Below are positions 9,944-20,104 of a stretch of DNA of 64,000 nt, piece after piece. Under the pieces are notes generated by a model, which had not been told where the DNA came from, did no database searches, and saw nothing but the letters and a program-made list of their open reading frames with translations. Position 1 is the stretch's first letter, and each line of letters opens with the position of its first letter. The stretch comes from a virus. The stretch lies in IMG/VR virus record IMGVR_UViG_3300023174_000064, positions 32,001 through 96,000 of that record; one strand, given 5' to 3'. Made by a program: the position numbers and the translations under genes.

Positions 9944-12900
9944 TTATGGTGGGCATGAAGATATTGTGATGTTGGGATTAGTTATTCCTCGTAAATATTT
10001 AAAATCATTTATTGTAATTTTACCAAAAGAAATTCCAGGAATTAATTTTATATCGTAATCCCAAGACGGGAACACGTAGGTCGGAACATTAAATCTGGTA
10101 GTACACCCAGTAGTTGATGCAAGAGTTGTGGTATTTCTTAAATTATAACTTGCGTAATTTTGTATTACCGGTATTTCTGTTATAACAGTATATGATGGAG
10201 GAGTATCTGTGGTAGAAGTATCCCAAATGCCACAAGTCAATCCTCCTAGCGCATAAGTTATTCCTGTTGTATTATTTATAGCTTGAATAATTTGATTATT
10301 AAATGTGGTTCTCCAAATATATTTGAAGTTGCGTAGTTTAGCTCCTGTAGTAACGTAAAGATCTCTGTATGAGATTGCTGTTGTTGATGAGCTACTACTT
10401 TGAGAAACTTTTCCGCCTAATAGAGTATTCAAGCTTGCAACATGAGAATTTAAAGTAATTCCGTGTGCTGTGCGTTCAGCTGCAGTAAGTCCACCATCAC
10501 CACCATTCCACAGATAAAATATTTCAGCTCCCAATAAGAATGTGTGTGTTATATTCTCATAATAATATCTGCGATCTAAATTATATTTTGAATCTGTATA
10601 ACCCAAACCGTTTATCCAAGGTTGTAGTGGTGTGGATGGAGAACTGCGTTTGCAACTTCTAGTTTCTTGTTGGTCAACAACAAATGCAGTCCAAGCAGAT
10701 GACGGTAATTGTTGTCCACTATCATCTAATACCAATCGGGTTGGATCTGAATCTGATATTGACCAAGACGTTAATATTCCACCCAATTCTCCGTACAGAT
10801 AAGGAGAAGCTGCTGTTCCAAATATGGCACTAAACGGTTGTTGATGTCCATTTAAATCTGGTGGTGGATTATTTGTAGTAATTACACAATCGTAATTACT
10901 GCCTCGTAGACCTGGTATTTTTGTCTTTGTATAATTCCATAATGCTTGATTTAAACCAGCAACTCCAAGAGAACGTAAAGCATTATTCCAAGCTAAATAT
11001 GCAGTATTTCCACTACCGGCTCCCTGTAATACTGCATCTAAATTCACACCTTGTAATTGAGTACTTAATGCTGTAATTCCGTGTTTAGATTGAGTAAATC
11101 TGGCATCTGATGTGATTGCTCTTAGTACTTCTGCATCTGTTGTTTTAATACTATTTTTTAGACCAGGTATACTCCAATTAGAGAATGAACCAACAGCATC
11201 TTCATTATCAAATGCCCAATAATCAAATGTTACTCCATTACTTACTAGTCCGTCTATCCACGGATTCCACTCTGCTTGTACTTTAGTTATTGCGTCATCA
11301 AACCAAGGACTGTAAGTTAATCCCAGACCAGCTGTATCAAAAGTAGAACCCAAGAAAGCTTTTTGGAAGTGGTAACGATAAGTTCCAAGTACACGTTTAC
11401 CTGGTGCAATAGTCTTAAACTTGTCTGCAATAGCCGTAAACCCGGTAATTGTTTGTTTTGCAAGCAGAGATTCATTCACAGAGAATGGTGCACCCGGATC
11501 GATTTGAGTAATACCATTTACCCACACTATAGGTATTATATGAGACAATGATGTACTTCCAATCCAAGGTTCCCAATACGCAACATATACTGCAGGTGTT
11601 GTAGCTACTGCAATTGCGCTTAGTGTTGTGTTTAATTTTAAATTGTTTTCATCATAGTAAGAACCACCTGATGTTCCTAACATCACATTAATTGCGTAAT
11701 GGCGACTTGGTGGTATTGCTCCTACCCCAGGAACAGCCGTATAAGCGTATTTAAACGAATTATTTACTGTTAATTCTCGTTCTAGCCGAATTGGTTGATT
11801 GCCGGTCAACGTCATTAATACATCAACACCACTATAAGTTACACCAACACTGTTTGTATTATATGGAATTGGTTGTGACCAAGCAACATTCCAAGTTTTA
11901 TTGTTTGATCCAGATATTGGATATAAAGTAAGGCCAGTGTCTGTTCCTTCTTTTGGTAATGGGAACGTGTTTGCAGCACTGGCTCCGGTGTAACCAACGT
12001 GGAATCGATAATATACTCTGCTGGCCGGTCCTGTTGCGTACGGACCTGTTGCAGACCATGAAGCACCAGGATAAATTGGATTGTACGCACTGATACCAAC
12101 AACGTCTTCAATTTGAATGGTTGCAGATCCTTCAGAATACGACCAAGTAATACCTCGTGTGCATTTTCCTATTTGATATTGATACGGCTCAAACTGATAA
12201 GTGAGTCCTTCTGGTGCAATATATGTTGGTACTAAACTACTGCCGTAAGACAGATAATTTGCAGTATCACCACCTCTTGCTGTAGAATTTGGTGGACCTC
12301 CCCATCCGTACAAGTAACCATCACTTGGACCAACCCAACCTGGTACGGCTTCTGCCCATCCATATTGTCGAGCAGTTAATCCTCTAGTATTATAAGTTGG
12401 GAGCAGATCAATAAATGCGTAACCACCAGTACTATTAAAAGTGACACCAGACCATGGGCAGGTTTGAGGCACCGCATAATCTTTCCTCTCACCTAGCTGC
12501 ATTTTATTGTGACCTTTTGCTCTCACTGTTTCGGTTACAAAATATTCCGCAGTGGTTGTGTTTGAACCAGAACCTTCGCTTATTGCTCTAGGTTCTCCTG
12601 CTTCTAATAGTAGTACGGCATCGCCCAGATAAGCAGAAATGTGACCACTATCCGAATTTGTTTTTTCATCTCGACCATTAACACCTTTACCCCAAATACC
12701 AAATATTAACGGTTTATTAAAATTATCGTTCGTTTGTGGAGTTCCGTCTGAATTCCAACTTGTATTAGTTAAAAAATTAGAGTGAAAACGTGGTATAACA
12801 TGTTCGGACTTCCACACAAAACAATTTTCTCCAGCAAAATAACCCCAAGGCGGAAGTACTTTACTGTTTATTTGGCCTCGGTCCACATATTTTTTCATTT

Positions 12901-15900
12901 CGTAATAATAAAGAGTGTCTATATCCGAATCTTGTGCTGCATTAACAAACCAGTTATACAATTCGGAAATTGCTGATCCAGTAGTTCCGGGAGCAGGGCT
13001 TTCGCTTGCCAGAGCAGCTTGTAGTAATACTCCGTAAGGGTAAAATTGATATCCATTTCGTGTGGTTTCCCATCCTGCAGTATTACAAGAACCAAAATTA
13101 ACTACTAAATTGTTTGGCATTATGCGGCTAATAACCCACTTCCACGCGTTATTAGCCCATGCACCATACGAAATACCAGGTACACTTGTGTTAAAATAAT
13201 CTGGTGTGTTTGCAGTATCCCATAAACGTCGGTCTCCGGCACGTTTAGTAGCAGTTAATACCTTAATAAAGTCCGGCATGGATTGAGCTGCGTAGCCCCA
13301 TCCTTCCATCCAATGCCCGGTTTGATCTGCACTTGTGCAACCGTACAACATACGTTCCAAACATGAAGCCCACGTTTCTGCCCACATATTATAAGCTGCA
13401 AGCAATCCTTGTCGCTGTGTGTTGTTTATTGCGTACGGATAAACGTACATTGCTGCCAACATTCTGTTTGCAGCAGGTGTTATATTTTGATTGCTAGTAA
13501 TGTAACCTTTATTGTCTGGATCTGGATAAAAATATCCACCACCAACTTTATATGTGTTATACCAGTATTTCTCACCAGTTCTGCCGGTACCAGGTTCTTC
13601 CCATATACTTCCTGGAGCTCCATCAGGATAAACGTAAGCGTCTTTAGGGGTACCGTCTGGCCAATACTTTCTGGTGCAATACCAAGGTCTTCCTTCTTCT
13701 GTGTGTTTCACACCATCAAAAATTTCTTTAACAAACAAGTTTCTAACATCATTCAATATTGGTCCCCAACTAGCGTCTGTTAATAGTGTTATTGGTGAAA
13801 TCACAGGATCAACACTAGAGGTTGCTCCTATGATATTATGCATAATATTAAGAAGACCTTCAAGTGCCCATCCGTCAAACAAATACATTCCAGTATCTGC
13901 AGACCATCCCTGTGGTGACCAAGTATTTAAAGTGACTCCTTGTGCTTTAATGTAATCTAAAGTAGCACCTAGTGGAAACGGTGTTTGACGAACACCAGGA
14001 CCACACAAGCCCATTGGATAATTCTGGTTTGCTTCTAATCTCCAAAGTTGAGTTGTATTAGCTCCACCGTTTGAAATTGACAATCCATTACCACTTCTTG
14101 CTAACGGATAATGTGATCGGTATTCTGCTAAAAGTATTTTTAAATTATTTAAAATTTCTGTGTTTAATGCATCTAAATTAGCTTGAGATTTAATACCAGA
14201 AACAATACCACCATTGTTTTGTAAAATTTGTCGTTGATATTTCCAAGCAGTTCCTAAAACTTTTAAATACGTTGAAACAGTATATACTTGTGTGGCATCA
14301 ATCTCATGTAAAACTTGAAGTAGTTTATTTCTTACAAGATTATAAGAAGTACTACTATTATATGTGGTGGATGGAACATAATTACCGTATAATGGATTTA
14401 TGGTGCTTATGCCGTATAATAAAACATCATTAAATGAATACGGTCGTTTTATTAAATTCTTACCACCAGTTATACCGGAAGTAAACCCAAACAGTCTTGA
14501 TTCAACAATAGTGTTATTACTACTCAATAATCCATACGAATAATTTATATTATTAAAATTATTATACAAATTATATGTTGTGGTTGCGCAAGCTCCGGCT
14601 ATTGCGGTTAATCCGGCAACCACCGAACCAATATCAGCACCAGAATAAAATATATTTTCTGTGCGTGGAGTTAATCTTCCGGTTGATTTGGGACGAAATA
14701 CCCCGGTTGCTGTATTATCAGCGTATGTACTGTAATTTACTCCCGTTGTTTTCTTTTTTGGTGCAGTTATTGTATACAAATCACTAACGTGTGTGTCTGC
14801 AAACGATTTCATGCTTTGGTAAAGGGAATCTGGTAGAACCTCACCGTAAGAATACGTGAAAGAATTTATGGGAGCTGTAGTAGTGCCCGATATAGTTGTT
14901 ACTGTGATTGCATTAGGACCAACAGTTATTCCAACAGGAGTGACTAATGTTAATCCGCTTATTGTGTTTGCAATCACATTTACAGCAATACCACCAATAG
15001 TAACACTTTGTGTGTTTGATAAATAATTTCCAGATATTGTTAAAGTAGTTCCACCACTAATTAATCCAAAACTTGGTGTTACGCTTGTTATAATTGGATT
15101 AAAACCAATAGAACCGGTATCTGTTGTACTTGGACTGCTTTCTCCTCGAATTAAATCATAACTTGTAACATAATAAGTGTAAACAGTACCGGGTGTTGCA
15201 GTATAATCATTAAATTGTTCACTAGTAGTAATTCCTATGTTTTCTAATGTTGGTAAATTCCTATAAATTTTATATCCACTTATACCAGAAATACTATTCC
15301 ATGTTATATTTACACGATCTGTATACACACCATCAGAAGCTGAAACTCCGGAAGGAGGAAATATAAATCCTCTAGTCAATGAAGCATATCCAGTTACACC
15401 AAAATTACTGTCTCCTAATGCACACGAAGATTTAAGAGCGTAAATATATTCTCGACCAATCAAAACATTAGAATCAGTGTAAGCAGTATTAGTAGTGGTT
15501 GCTAACAACGAAAGAGTTTGAGGAGGAACAGACGTATCGTATCGATACACTTTGTAAGCGGTTGCTCCAGTTACTCCGTTCCAACTCAAAATAACACGAT
15601 TAAAATAACTGCCATTAGATGTTGTAAAATTAGCAGGAGCGGTTAATCCTCTCCAACCATAAGCAGGAGAACTTAAATTACTTTCTAAAGTAAATCCATT
15701 TTGTATAACAAAAGATTTAATATTATATTTAAATAAAGTACCAGGCAAAGAAACAGTATCAAAAAAAGTATTAGTGGAAACAGTTCCTGCTAGTATGGTA
15801 TCGTTTTTGAATACTTTATATCCGTTTACTCCTGCTATATTATTCCATTGAACTAAAATTTTATCTTCATATGTACCGTAACTTGCTGTTACTCCTCTAG

Positions 15901-16069
15901 GAATAAAACCAGGCCCCAACGAGCCCGCACTACTTATTAAATTACCAGAAAATAATAATATTTTATACTTTATTTTTTTTTTAATTTTAAATGAAATTAA
16001 ATTACCGGAATCAAAAGTTTTGTTTCCTGTTAATATAGAAGTATCTTGTTGTAATATTTTTAATTTCAT
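9944..16069 (-). CDS. giant multidomain virion protein: 3 FN3-like repeats, IPT/TIG, heparinase II/III-like lyase fold, TIM-barrel-like domain, gp7-like C-terminus
   Basis: AS.G.Y.D.V...W..V.G...YK.YR repeats; P.ITSVTPS.G...GGT.LTISG (IPT); WMEGWGY, NFG, D.GH.....G...LL.EAG, GHN (heparinase II/III-like); last ~78 aa align with gp7 C-terminus. Confidence 0.7.
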   Translation of the reverse strand: MKLKILQQDTSILTGNKTFDSGNLISFKIKKKIKYKILLFSGNLISSAGSLGPGFIPRGVTASYGTYEDKILVQWNNIAGVNGYKVFKNDTILAGTVSTNTFFDTVSLPGTLFKYNIKSFVIQNGFTLESNLSSPAYGWRGLTAPANFTTSNGSYFNRVILSWNGVTGATAYKVYRYDTSVPPQTLSLLATTTNTAYTDSNVLIGREYIYALKSSCALGDSNFGVTGYASLTRGFIFPPSGVSASDGVYTDRVNITWNSISGISGYKIYRNLPTLENIGITTSEQFNDYTATPGTVYTYYVTSYDLIRGESSPSTTDTGSIGFNPIITSVTPSFGLISGGTTLTISGNYLSNTQSVTIGGIAVNVIANTISGLTLVTPVGITVGPNAITVTTISGTTTAPINSFTYSYGEVLPDSLYQSMKSFADTHVSDLYTITAPKKKTTGVNYSTYADNTATGVFRPKSTGRLTPRTENIFYSGADIGSVVAGLTAIAGACATTTYNLYNNFNNINYSYGLLSSNNTIVESRLFGFTSGITGGKNLIKRPYSFNDVLLYGISTINPLYGNYVPSTTYNSSTSYNLVRNKLLQVLHEIDATQVYTVSTYLKVLGTAWKYQRQILQNNGGIVSGIKSQANLDALNTEILNNLKILLAEYRSHYPLARSGNGLSISNGGANTTQLWRLEANQNYPMGLCGPGVRQTPFPLGATLDYIKAQGVTLNTWSPQGWSADTGMYLFDGWALEGLLNIMHNIIGATSSVDPVISPITLLTDASWGPILNDVRNLFVKEIFDGVKHTEEGRPWYCTRKYWPDGTPKDAYVYPDGAPGSIWEEPGTGRTGEKYWYNTYKVGGGYFYPDPDNKGYITSNQNITPAANRMLAAMYVYPYAINNTQRQGLLAAYNMWAETWASCLERMLYGCTSADQTGHWMEGWGYAAQSMPDFIKVLTATKRAGDRRLWDTANTPDYFNTSVPGISYGAWANNAWKWVISRIMPNNLVVNFGSCNTAGWETTRNGYQFYPYGVLLQAALASESPAPGTTGSAISELYNWFVNAAQDSDIDTLYYYEMKKYVDRGQINSKVLPPWGYFAGENCFVWKSEHVIPRFHSNFLTNTSWNSDGTPQTNDNFNKPLIFGIWGKGVNGRDEKTNSDSGHISAYLGDAVLLLEAGEPRAISEGSGSNTTTAEYFVTETVRAKGHNKMQLGERKDYAVPQTCPWSGVTFNSTGGYAFIDLLPTYNTRGLTARQYGWAEAVPGWVGPSDGYLYGWGGPPNSTARGGDTANYLSYGSSLVPTYIAPEGLTYQFEPYQYQIGKCTRGITWSYSEGSATIQIEDVVGISAYNPIYPGASWSATGPYATGPASRVYYRFHVGYTGASAANTFPLPKEGTDTGLTLYPISGSNNKTWNVAWSQPIPYNTNSVGVTYSGVDVLMTLTGNQPIRLERELTVNNSFKYAYTAVPGVGAIPPSRHYAINVMLGTSGGSYYDENNLKLNTTLSAIAVATTPAVYVAYWEPWIGSTSLSHIIPIVWVNGITQIDPGAPFSVNESLLAKQTITGFTAIADKFKTIAPGKRVLGTYRYHFQKAFLGSTFDTAGLGLTYSPWFDDAITKVQAEWNPWIDGLVSNGVTFDYWAFDNEDAVGSFSNWSIPGLKNSIKTTDAEVLRAITSDARFTQSKHGITALSTQLQGVNLDAVLQGAGSGNTAYLAWNNALRSLGVAGLNQALWNYTKTKIPGLRGSNYDCVITTNNPPPDLNGHQQPFSAIFGTAASPYLYGELGGILTSWSISDSDPTRLVLDDSGQQLPSSAWTAFVVDQQETRSCKRSSPSTPLQPWINGLGYTDSKYNLDRRYYYENITHTFLLGAEIFYLWNGGDGGLTAAERTAHGITLNSHVASLNTLLGGKVSQSSSSSTTAISYRDLYVTTGAKLRNFKYIWRTTFNNQIIQAINNTTGITYALGGLTCGIWDTSTTDTPPSYTVITEIPVIQNYASYNLRNTTTLASTTGCTTRFNVPTYVFPSWDYDIKLIPGISFGKITINDFKYLRGITNPNITISSCPP

Positions 16070-16075
16070 TTTTAA

Positions 16076-16327
16076 TTAAATAGGATTTGGTGAAATATCA
16101 CTTTCAATCTCTTCATCTTTTGGTTTGGTTGGTTGAACTGGTGGTACTAATGGTGGACCGAAATAATATTCTGGCTGTTGTGTTTGTAATAATGGAAAAT
16201 TTATTTGAGCAGATATAATTAAAGTTTTGTTTATATTTTTAATGTACATAAAGTACACATCATTTGCTAAAAATTGTTTCAGCAAAACTTTAATATTTTT
16301 TTCAGATTGTTTGACCTTCAGCTTCAT
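16076..16327 (-). CDS. hypothetical protein
   Basis: 83 aa ORF packed between structural genes, SD AGGA. Confidence 0.5.
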   Translation of the reverse strand: MKLKVKQSEKNIKVLLKQFLANDVYFMYIKNINKTLIISAQINFPLLQTQQPEYYFGPPLVPPVQPTKPKDEEIESDISPNPI

Positions 16328-16339
16328 AGTTGTTCCTAA

Positions 16340-16747
16340 TTATTCAGGATTTACTTGAAGTCTGCCTTCTAATAATTTTTCAGAATACGTTACACCAATT
16401 AAAAGTTTTAAATCATAAAATAATTTTCCAACAGGTAATGAATTAGTAGTTTTTTTATCCAGTTCTATCAGAATACCACCATCTAAAGATGTAGTATTGT
16501 AATTAACATTAAGCCGAATACCACCGTATTCAGCTCCAGTACCAGGAGAACTGGCCCCAGTATACCCATATGTCACGCCATTTGTGGTGGCAAAAACTAA
16601 TGGGAAATCGGCGGTTTTATATCTTTCTATTTTAAGTTCAGCCGTATAGGAAGAAAGGTCTACACCAACATCAGAATCGGAAAGATACTGTATCCAAGCA
16701 TTTAAATTACAATTTTTATTTACATCAAGATCGTATTGTGCTGCCAT
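16340..16747 (-). CDS. virion structural beta-sandwich adaptor-like protein
   Basis: YDL.V, DLSSYTA...I, L..GK..YDL, LLEG.L.V.P pattern common in T4-like structural regions. Confidence 0.65.
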   Translation of the reverse strand: MAAQYDLDVNKNCNLNAWIQYLSDSDVGVDLSSYTAELKIERYKTADFPLVFATTNGVTYGYTGASSPGTGAEYGGIRLNVNYNTTSLDGGILIELDKKTTNSLPVGKLFYDLKLLIGVTYSEKLLEGRLQVNPE

Positions 16748-16761
16748 ACAATATATATCAT

Positions 16762-18006
16762 TTATCTGCTGACAGTTTTTCTTTCTTTAAACTTGGATTT
16801 AACAGCGTGTGCTGGAAAAAGAGCAGGTTTATGATCTTTTCTTTCGCTTTGCTTTTTGGCTTGTTCGTCCATCTGCCTAATAATTTCCATTTGATTAGTG
16901 TCTTCAAAGAACTTTAAGTACTGATTTAAATTGTTTTGTACCCGATCGATATCATTCTCTGGAAGACGATTTTCCATCAAAAGTTTCTTACAAGCAGCAT
17001 AACCCATATGGGCCTTTCCTGCGTAAAAAGCAGTCGAACCAATTTCGTCTAAAATTCCATATTTATAAACGTCCTCAGACACGAATAGGATATCTTCGGC
17101 TGGATATGGGATATCCATAGCCATCTTGGCGTATAAGAAACCTAGACGGGGATGACCCATCAGTCTGTAAATTTTAGCGATTTGGTGTAAAGGTTCAGCA
17201 CGAATTGGTCTGAGTTCCCAGGCTTCTAAAAATGCTTGTTGAATTTCTATCCATGGTTTATTTAAGAGACCACGGCACATACCAATACGATATGCTGCGT
17301 AATATTGTTCCTCTTCCCAACCACCCATCATTATTCGTTTTACGTAAGCTTGTTCTGCTTTTTCCCATTGTTGAGAATCAAAATAACTTTGAGCAAGATA
17401 GAACTGATAACGAATGTTATCTGGCTCGTCTACCAGAGCCTTTTCTAGCATTTCTGCGTCTCTTTTGTATTTTTCTACAGGTTCGATACCTACGTTACGG
17501 GCTCCCATTGTTCTAGCAACAATTCCGTATTGACCTTCAATTTTTGCAATTTTTGGTTGTTGGTTTTCAGTTGTTGGATATTCGTGAAGAATACCAACAT
17601 ACTTCCATCCGCGACCTGTTCGGAAGATTTGAGTTCTCCACCACGAGAAATCTTGACGACGGAACTGTAAAGCAAATGCGTCAAGTTCTTCTGAAATATT
17701 TGTTGGAAATTTAAATGTACCTTGAATAAAATCGTCAGCGTCAATCATCCACGCCCAATCAGCTTTACCATCACATAACTTTAAAGCTTCTGATCGATTA
17801 TGACCGAACGAAACCCACGGTTGTTCGTGTAGCTCTCCTGGAATACCCTTCTCTGCAAAATAAGACCGAATAAGATCTTGAGTGCCATCTGTTGATCCAG
17901 TATCAACAATTACCCAATAATCAATATACTTATGGACAGAATCCAGACACTCTTTAATAATGTGAGTTTCATTCTTTACGATCATTGACAGACATAATTT
18001 AGGCAT
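16762..18006 (-). CDS. GT2 glycosyltransferase with TPR repeats
   Basis: LCLSMIVKNE, VDTGSTDGT, FGHNR, IDADD (DxD), LHE; C-terminal FYLAQSY.D, RP.RAEPL TPR helices. Confidence 0.9.
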   Translation of the reverse strand: MPKLCLSMIVKNETHIIKECLDSVHKYIDYWVIVDTGSTDGTQDLIRSYFAEKGIPGELHEQPWVSFGHNRSEALKLCDGKADWAWMIDADDFIQGTFKFPTNISEELDAFALQFRRQDFSWWRTQIFRTGRGWKYVGILHEYPTTENQQPKIAKIEGQYGIVARTMGARNVGIEPVEKYKRDAEMLEKALVDEPDNIRYQFYLAQSYFDSQQWEKAEQAYVKRIMMGGWEEEQYYAAYRIGMCRGLLNKPWIEIQQAFLEAWELRPIRAEPLHQIAKIYRLMGHPRLGFLYAKMAMDIPYPAEDILFVSEDVYKYGILDEIGSTAFYAGKAHMGYAACKKLLMENRLPENDIDRVQNNLNQYLKFFEDTNQMEIIRQMDEQAKKQSERKDHKPALFPAHAVKSKFKERKTVSR

Positions 18007-18023
18007 AGTATAAATCTCCGTAC

Positions 18024-18959
18024 TTATTTATGTGCGCTTTGTAACCAATCTTTAAGTTGTACCTTACAATTCCATCCAAAATGTTGTTTTATCTTGCTGA
18101 TATCTGCCAAAGTTATTCTGGATTCTCCAATTCTTGGAGGAATGTTGATTCTGCTTCCACCAATCATATCAGCTATTTCATTCACTGAATGGTTAACTCC
18201 AGAACCTACATTATAAATTTGACCCCATTTCCAAATATTATATTCTATTTCATTGGTTATTAAATATTTTGGAGCTTGAAATTCTGCAGCAAGAATATTT
18301 GCTTGAACCACATCACTAACGTGAGTGAAATCTCTTCTTTGATTGCCATCACCAACAATAGTCATGGGTTCTCCTGCACTATTTTGTCTTAAAAAGATAC
18401 CAATAACAGGAGCGTATTGACCCTTCAATGGTTGTCGTTCACCGTAAACATTGAAATATCTAAAAATTACTGTTTCTAAACCAAATAAAGAAGAATACAT
18501 TTTACAAAATTCTTCTCCTCCGACTTTAGATACAGAGTATGGATTTAAACAATCATTAGACATGGTTTCTTTTAAAGGAGGAATATTCTTTAAACCATAC
18601 GCAGAAGAAGTAGAAGAGTACATGACCCTTTTTACACCAGCTTCTCTGGCGCACTGCAGCATTGTGCAAGTACCAACAACATTTGTTTTAGCTGCTTTAA
18701 TAGGATTTAAAATTGCTGGTTGAATTCTTGCTTCTGCAGCAAGGTGAAATACGTAATCTATCCCATCATATAATGGTCTAGTGGATTCGTAATCACATAC
18801 GTCTAATATATGATTATTTGTATCAGATCTCCAGTAAAAATGATCATGTACATCTGAAGATTCGTTATCAATTACGGTTACTTCGTAACCTTTTTTTACT
18901 AGCCCATCAACTAAATTTGATCCTATAAATCCAGCTCCACCAGTTACTAATGCTTTCAT
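18024..18959 (-). CDS. NAD-dependent nucleotide-sugar epimerase/dehydratase (extended SDR)
   Basis: VTGGAGFIGS, HLAA, YSVSK (YxxxK), RYFNVYG, RDFTHV. Confidence 0.93.
   Translation of the reverse strand: MKALVTGGAGFIGSNLVDGLVKKGYEVTVIDNESSDVHDHFYWRSDTNNHILDVCDYESTRPLYDGIDYVFHLAAEARIQPAILNPIKAAKTNVVGTCTMLQCAREAGVKRVMYSSTSSAYGLKNIPPLKETMSNDCLNPYSVSKVGGEEFCKMYSSLFGLETVIFRYFNVYGERQPLKGQYAPVIGIFLRQNSAGEPMTIVGDGNQRRDFTHVSDVVQANILAAEFQAPKYLITNEIEYNIWKWGQIYNVGSGVNHSVNEIADMIGGSRINIPPRIGESRITLADISKIKQHFGWNCKVQLKDWLQSAHK
18025..18032 (-). promoter_or_regulatory. putative late promoter upstream of GT2-TPR
   Basis: CATAAATA overlapping the epimerase stop, 18 nt upstream of ATG 18006 with SD GGAG between. 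Confidence 0.4.
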
Positions 18960-20053
18960 TATATTAATTCCTTTTCAACTCTTGCTAAAGCAGATCCAAC
19001 CACTTGATGCATGTCGTAATATTTATAATCTGCTAATCGACCTCCCATAATATATTTGGCAGAATTTACTCTATCCTTATATGATTTATATAATTTATTA
19101 TTTTTTTCATCATTAATTGGATAAAATTTTTCTTTTCCTGGTGTCCATTGTTCTGGATATTCTTTTGTTATTATTGTTTTATTTTGTTTACCAAATATAA
19201 AATGCTTGTGCTCTATAATTCTTGTGTATGGTACTGTTTCTTGTGTGTGATTAATTGCAGCGTTTCCTTGATAATCTGGAATATCGTGTTGTTCGTGTTC
19301 AAACTTTAAACTTCTCCATTCTAAATGTCCTAAATCACAATTAAAAAATTCATCTATAGGACCAGTATAAACAATCTTTCTTGCTGTATTATCAAAGTGT
19401 TGCTTATTAGCAAGATAATCTGTATTTAAACGAACCTCTATTCCATCTAATAATTTTTCAAAAATTGCAGTATAACCGTCTTTTGGTATACCTTGATAAC
19501 AGTCTTCAAAATAATTATCATCCATTGTCAGGCGGATAGGCAATCGTTTTATTATTGATGCTGGTAAATCTTTTGGTTCTTTACCCCATTGTTTTTTGGT
19601 GTAACCGTATATAAATTTTTTGTATATCTCTTCACCTACTTGAGATAATATCCATTCTTCTAAATTTTTTGGATTATCATTTTTAATTTTTACTTGTTCC
19701 AGCTTTTGTTTTGCTTCTTCTGGAGTTTTTACTTCCCATAATTGGTATAAAGTAAAAAGATTTATTGGAAAAGAATATAAATTATCGTTGTCTACTTTTG
19801 GTCTATAAACAAAATGGTTAAATTCTGTCCAACGATTCATGTAATCCCACACACGCTTATTGCTGGTGTGAAAGATATGAGGACCGTATTCGTGTATGTC
19901 TATACCTTCTATCTTTTTAGTATAACAATTTCCACCTATATGATTTCTTTTGTCTATAACCAGACATTTAAAACCAACATCAGTCAGTTCTCTGGCAAAT
20001 ATTGCTCCAAATAATCCAGAACCAACTATGATATAATCATGATATTCTTTCAT
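18959..20053 (-). CDS. glf: UDP-galactopyranose mutase
   Basis: IVGSGLFG, HIGGNCY, YGPHIFHT, YTKKQWG, YQGIP..GY, GRLADYKYYDMHQ. Confidence 0.96.
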   Translation of the reverse strand: MKEYHDYIIVGSGLFGAIFARELTDVGFKCLVIDKRNHIGGNCYTKKIEGIDIHEYGPHIFHTSNKRVWDYMNRWTEFNHFVYRPKVDNDNLYSFPINLFTLYQLWEVKTPEEAKQKLEQVKIKNDNPKNLEEWILSQVGEEIYKKFIYGYTKKQWGKEPKDLPASIIKRLPIRLTMDDNYFEDCYQGIPKDGYTAIFEKLLDGIEVRLNTDYLANKQHFDNTARKIVYTGPIDEFFNCDLGHLEWRSLKFEHEQHDIPDYQGNAAINHTQETVPYTRIIEHKHFIFGKQNKTIITKEYPEQWTPGKEKFYPINDEKNNKLYKSYKDRVNSAKYIMGGRLADYKYYDMHQVVGSALARVEKELI

Positions 20054-20104
20054 TAAATTTCTTTTATTAAACTAGTAATTTTTTAAATTTACTCATAACT
20101 ATAA

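Noticed and set aside
20054-20104. Tiny minus-strand ORF (MSKFKKLLV) upstream of glf
   Set aside because: Nine codons in very AT-rich DNA; cannot be distinguished from chance or a gene remnant.
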